The notes under the pieces: model-generated
Seen by the model: only the letters and a program-made list of their open reading frames with translations
The model's database searches: none
Told to the model about the DNA's origin: nothing
Position numbers and translations under genes: made by a program
DNA from: Toensbergia leucococca
Lineage: Eukaryota
Length of the DNA: 64,000 nucleotides
Assembly: GCA_022813965.1 (NCBI GenBank)
Contig: JALDZS010000082.1
Coordinates: forward strand, 1-64,000
Reading direction: 5' to 3'
In this document: positions 62,697-64,000 of the stretch, piece by piece
Numbering within the stretch: position 1 is the first letter of the stretch
How the letters are laid out: each line of letters opens with the position of its first letter

Positions 62697-63809
62697 CTAA
62701 TAACTCTGCTTGAAATCTCCTGGCGGTCCCCTGCTCCATCGAGGGTCACTCTGCACCCTATACGCCTTGCCCCAGTCGCGGATCTTGTCGAAGTTGCGAC
62801 AGGTGTGTGTTACTTCGAGGCGGGGGAGGGGGACCTCGCGAGCAGCTATCCAGCGCCAATAGACAGTTGCGATGTCGCCGTGGCACATTATGGATTGGCG
62901 AATAGCGTCGATGCAGTGGTCTGAGGGTTGAGTTAATATGAGAAAGAGAAGGGGTACATTGGGTTCCGGGAACAACAGGGGGAAGAAAAGGAAGGGAAGT
63001 AATGTGAATGAAGAGGACGGAGAGTTTGAATTACCAAAGTGCTTTGCATCCGTGCTGGTGTAGTTTCTTTGCTGTTTCCCGGGTGGTGCTCCGTCGTCGA
63101 GGTAGTAGTCATCGTAGGTATACCGTTCCGGATACAGCGTCTTACGCACAGCGTTCAGGCAGTGCAATTGGTGGAAGACGTCCAGCTCGATGATGTACTG
63201 GTCTCCTGTGCCGGGGATGAGCTCGGTGGCGTTGGGCAGGAGGCGTGCTTGCGAATATGGGATCTGGCTTACGCCGACTGGGGGGTTTTAGCGAATGATA
63301 TTTGGGGACTGCTTAGGTTGTGGCTGGGATTGTTGAGGAGAGGAAAGGTATACATTGGAAGAGGTCTTCCCAGAGGGCGTCCGTTTCGTTGGTGGGGATG
63401 CCGGTGTCTTCGCGGCCCATGTAGGGACCTTTGGAGATGAAGTTTTCGGCGAAGACGCGGGTTTCGTATTCGATTACTTCTTGAGCTGGGGCTGGATTAG
63501 GGAAGGATTTAGTTAGTAAAGGATGCAGATAGATTTTTAGACTTGGAATAACTGTATGGGTTAGACGAATGCCATGGTAAGGTACTGACAGTAGATACCC
63601 TGGCTGGGATCAGTGCAAACGTATCCGCCATTCAGAATCGAAAGAAAGACTACGACAAGGGCGGCGATGATGCCATAGAGCACGATGATGTGCGTAGTGA
63701 TTTGAATGCGGCTTCGACGGATACGGTAGGCATCCTTGGAGTCGTGCTTGAGGAGATGGATTTCTTCAAAATCTTGGGAGTTGTCGGTGTCTTTTTCATC
63801 GAGATTCAT
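62697..63809 (-). CDS. DUF3328 / UstYa-like oxidase (two HxxHC motifs, N-terminal TM anchor), 4 exons
   Basis: TM segment IIVLYGIIAALVVVFLSIL, YSPAQEVIEY, TDALWEDL, LDVFHQLHCLNAVRK, AKHF|DHCIDAIRQSIMCHGD and HTCRNFDKIRDW. Confidence 0.92.
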
Positions 63810-64000
63810 CTTGAATGATTTGAAACGGTGGGATGTGCTGGATGAGCTGCCTTGGAGTGCTACGGAAGGGAATGACAGTGGGGACGAGATATTCGCTACC
63901 GTGAATAAGAGATGGATGGAGGAATTGGTTAATGTGAAAAGGCTTGTTCACAGATTCTGATTCACTCTGTATCTTTAACCTCCTGCACCAAGACTCGATT

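Noticed and set aside
1..64000. tRNA, rRNA, RNase P/MRP or TPP riboswitch
   Set aside because: No convincing signature was seen by eye. A tRNAscan-SE/Infernal run would be needed to exclude them.

Overview
Eukaryotic, intron-rich DNA from a filamentous ascomycete (Pezizomycotina-type short GT-AG introns with CTAAC/CTGAC branch points). The exact taxon cannot be read from the sequence. Most of the window is a dense block of conserved genes, often in head-to-head pairs: AlkB-type dioxygenase, CCT4/RPT1, GRF zinc finger, SDH1, HapB, eIF3d/ERG26, kinesin-3 UncA/PX-domain protein, Ars2/TspO, TRM5, RPB4/TRS23, RPN10/Nbl1-borealin and RIM15. A GH10 xylanase and a DUF3328 (UstYa-type) oxidase follow at the right edge. 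Accessory material consists of an ankyrin pseudogene at the left edge and a ~5.5 kb island (10.3-15.9 kb). The island holds an SDR gene with one in-frame TAG, a 643-bp Mutator-like deletion derivative, a frameshifted twin-domain F-box-like gene and two minisatellites. The best leads are: the UstYa-type gene (possible RiPP/dikaritin locus continuing off the right edge), the MULE derivative and decaying island, a dense CCAAT cluster upstream of hapB, and recurrent same-polarity C-rich to G-rich strand-skew flips. No rRNA, tRNA or CRISPR was seen. All calls come from reading the sequence, with no database searches. CDS coordinates span introns.
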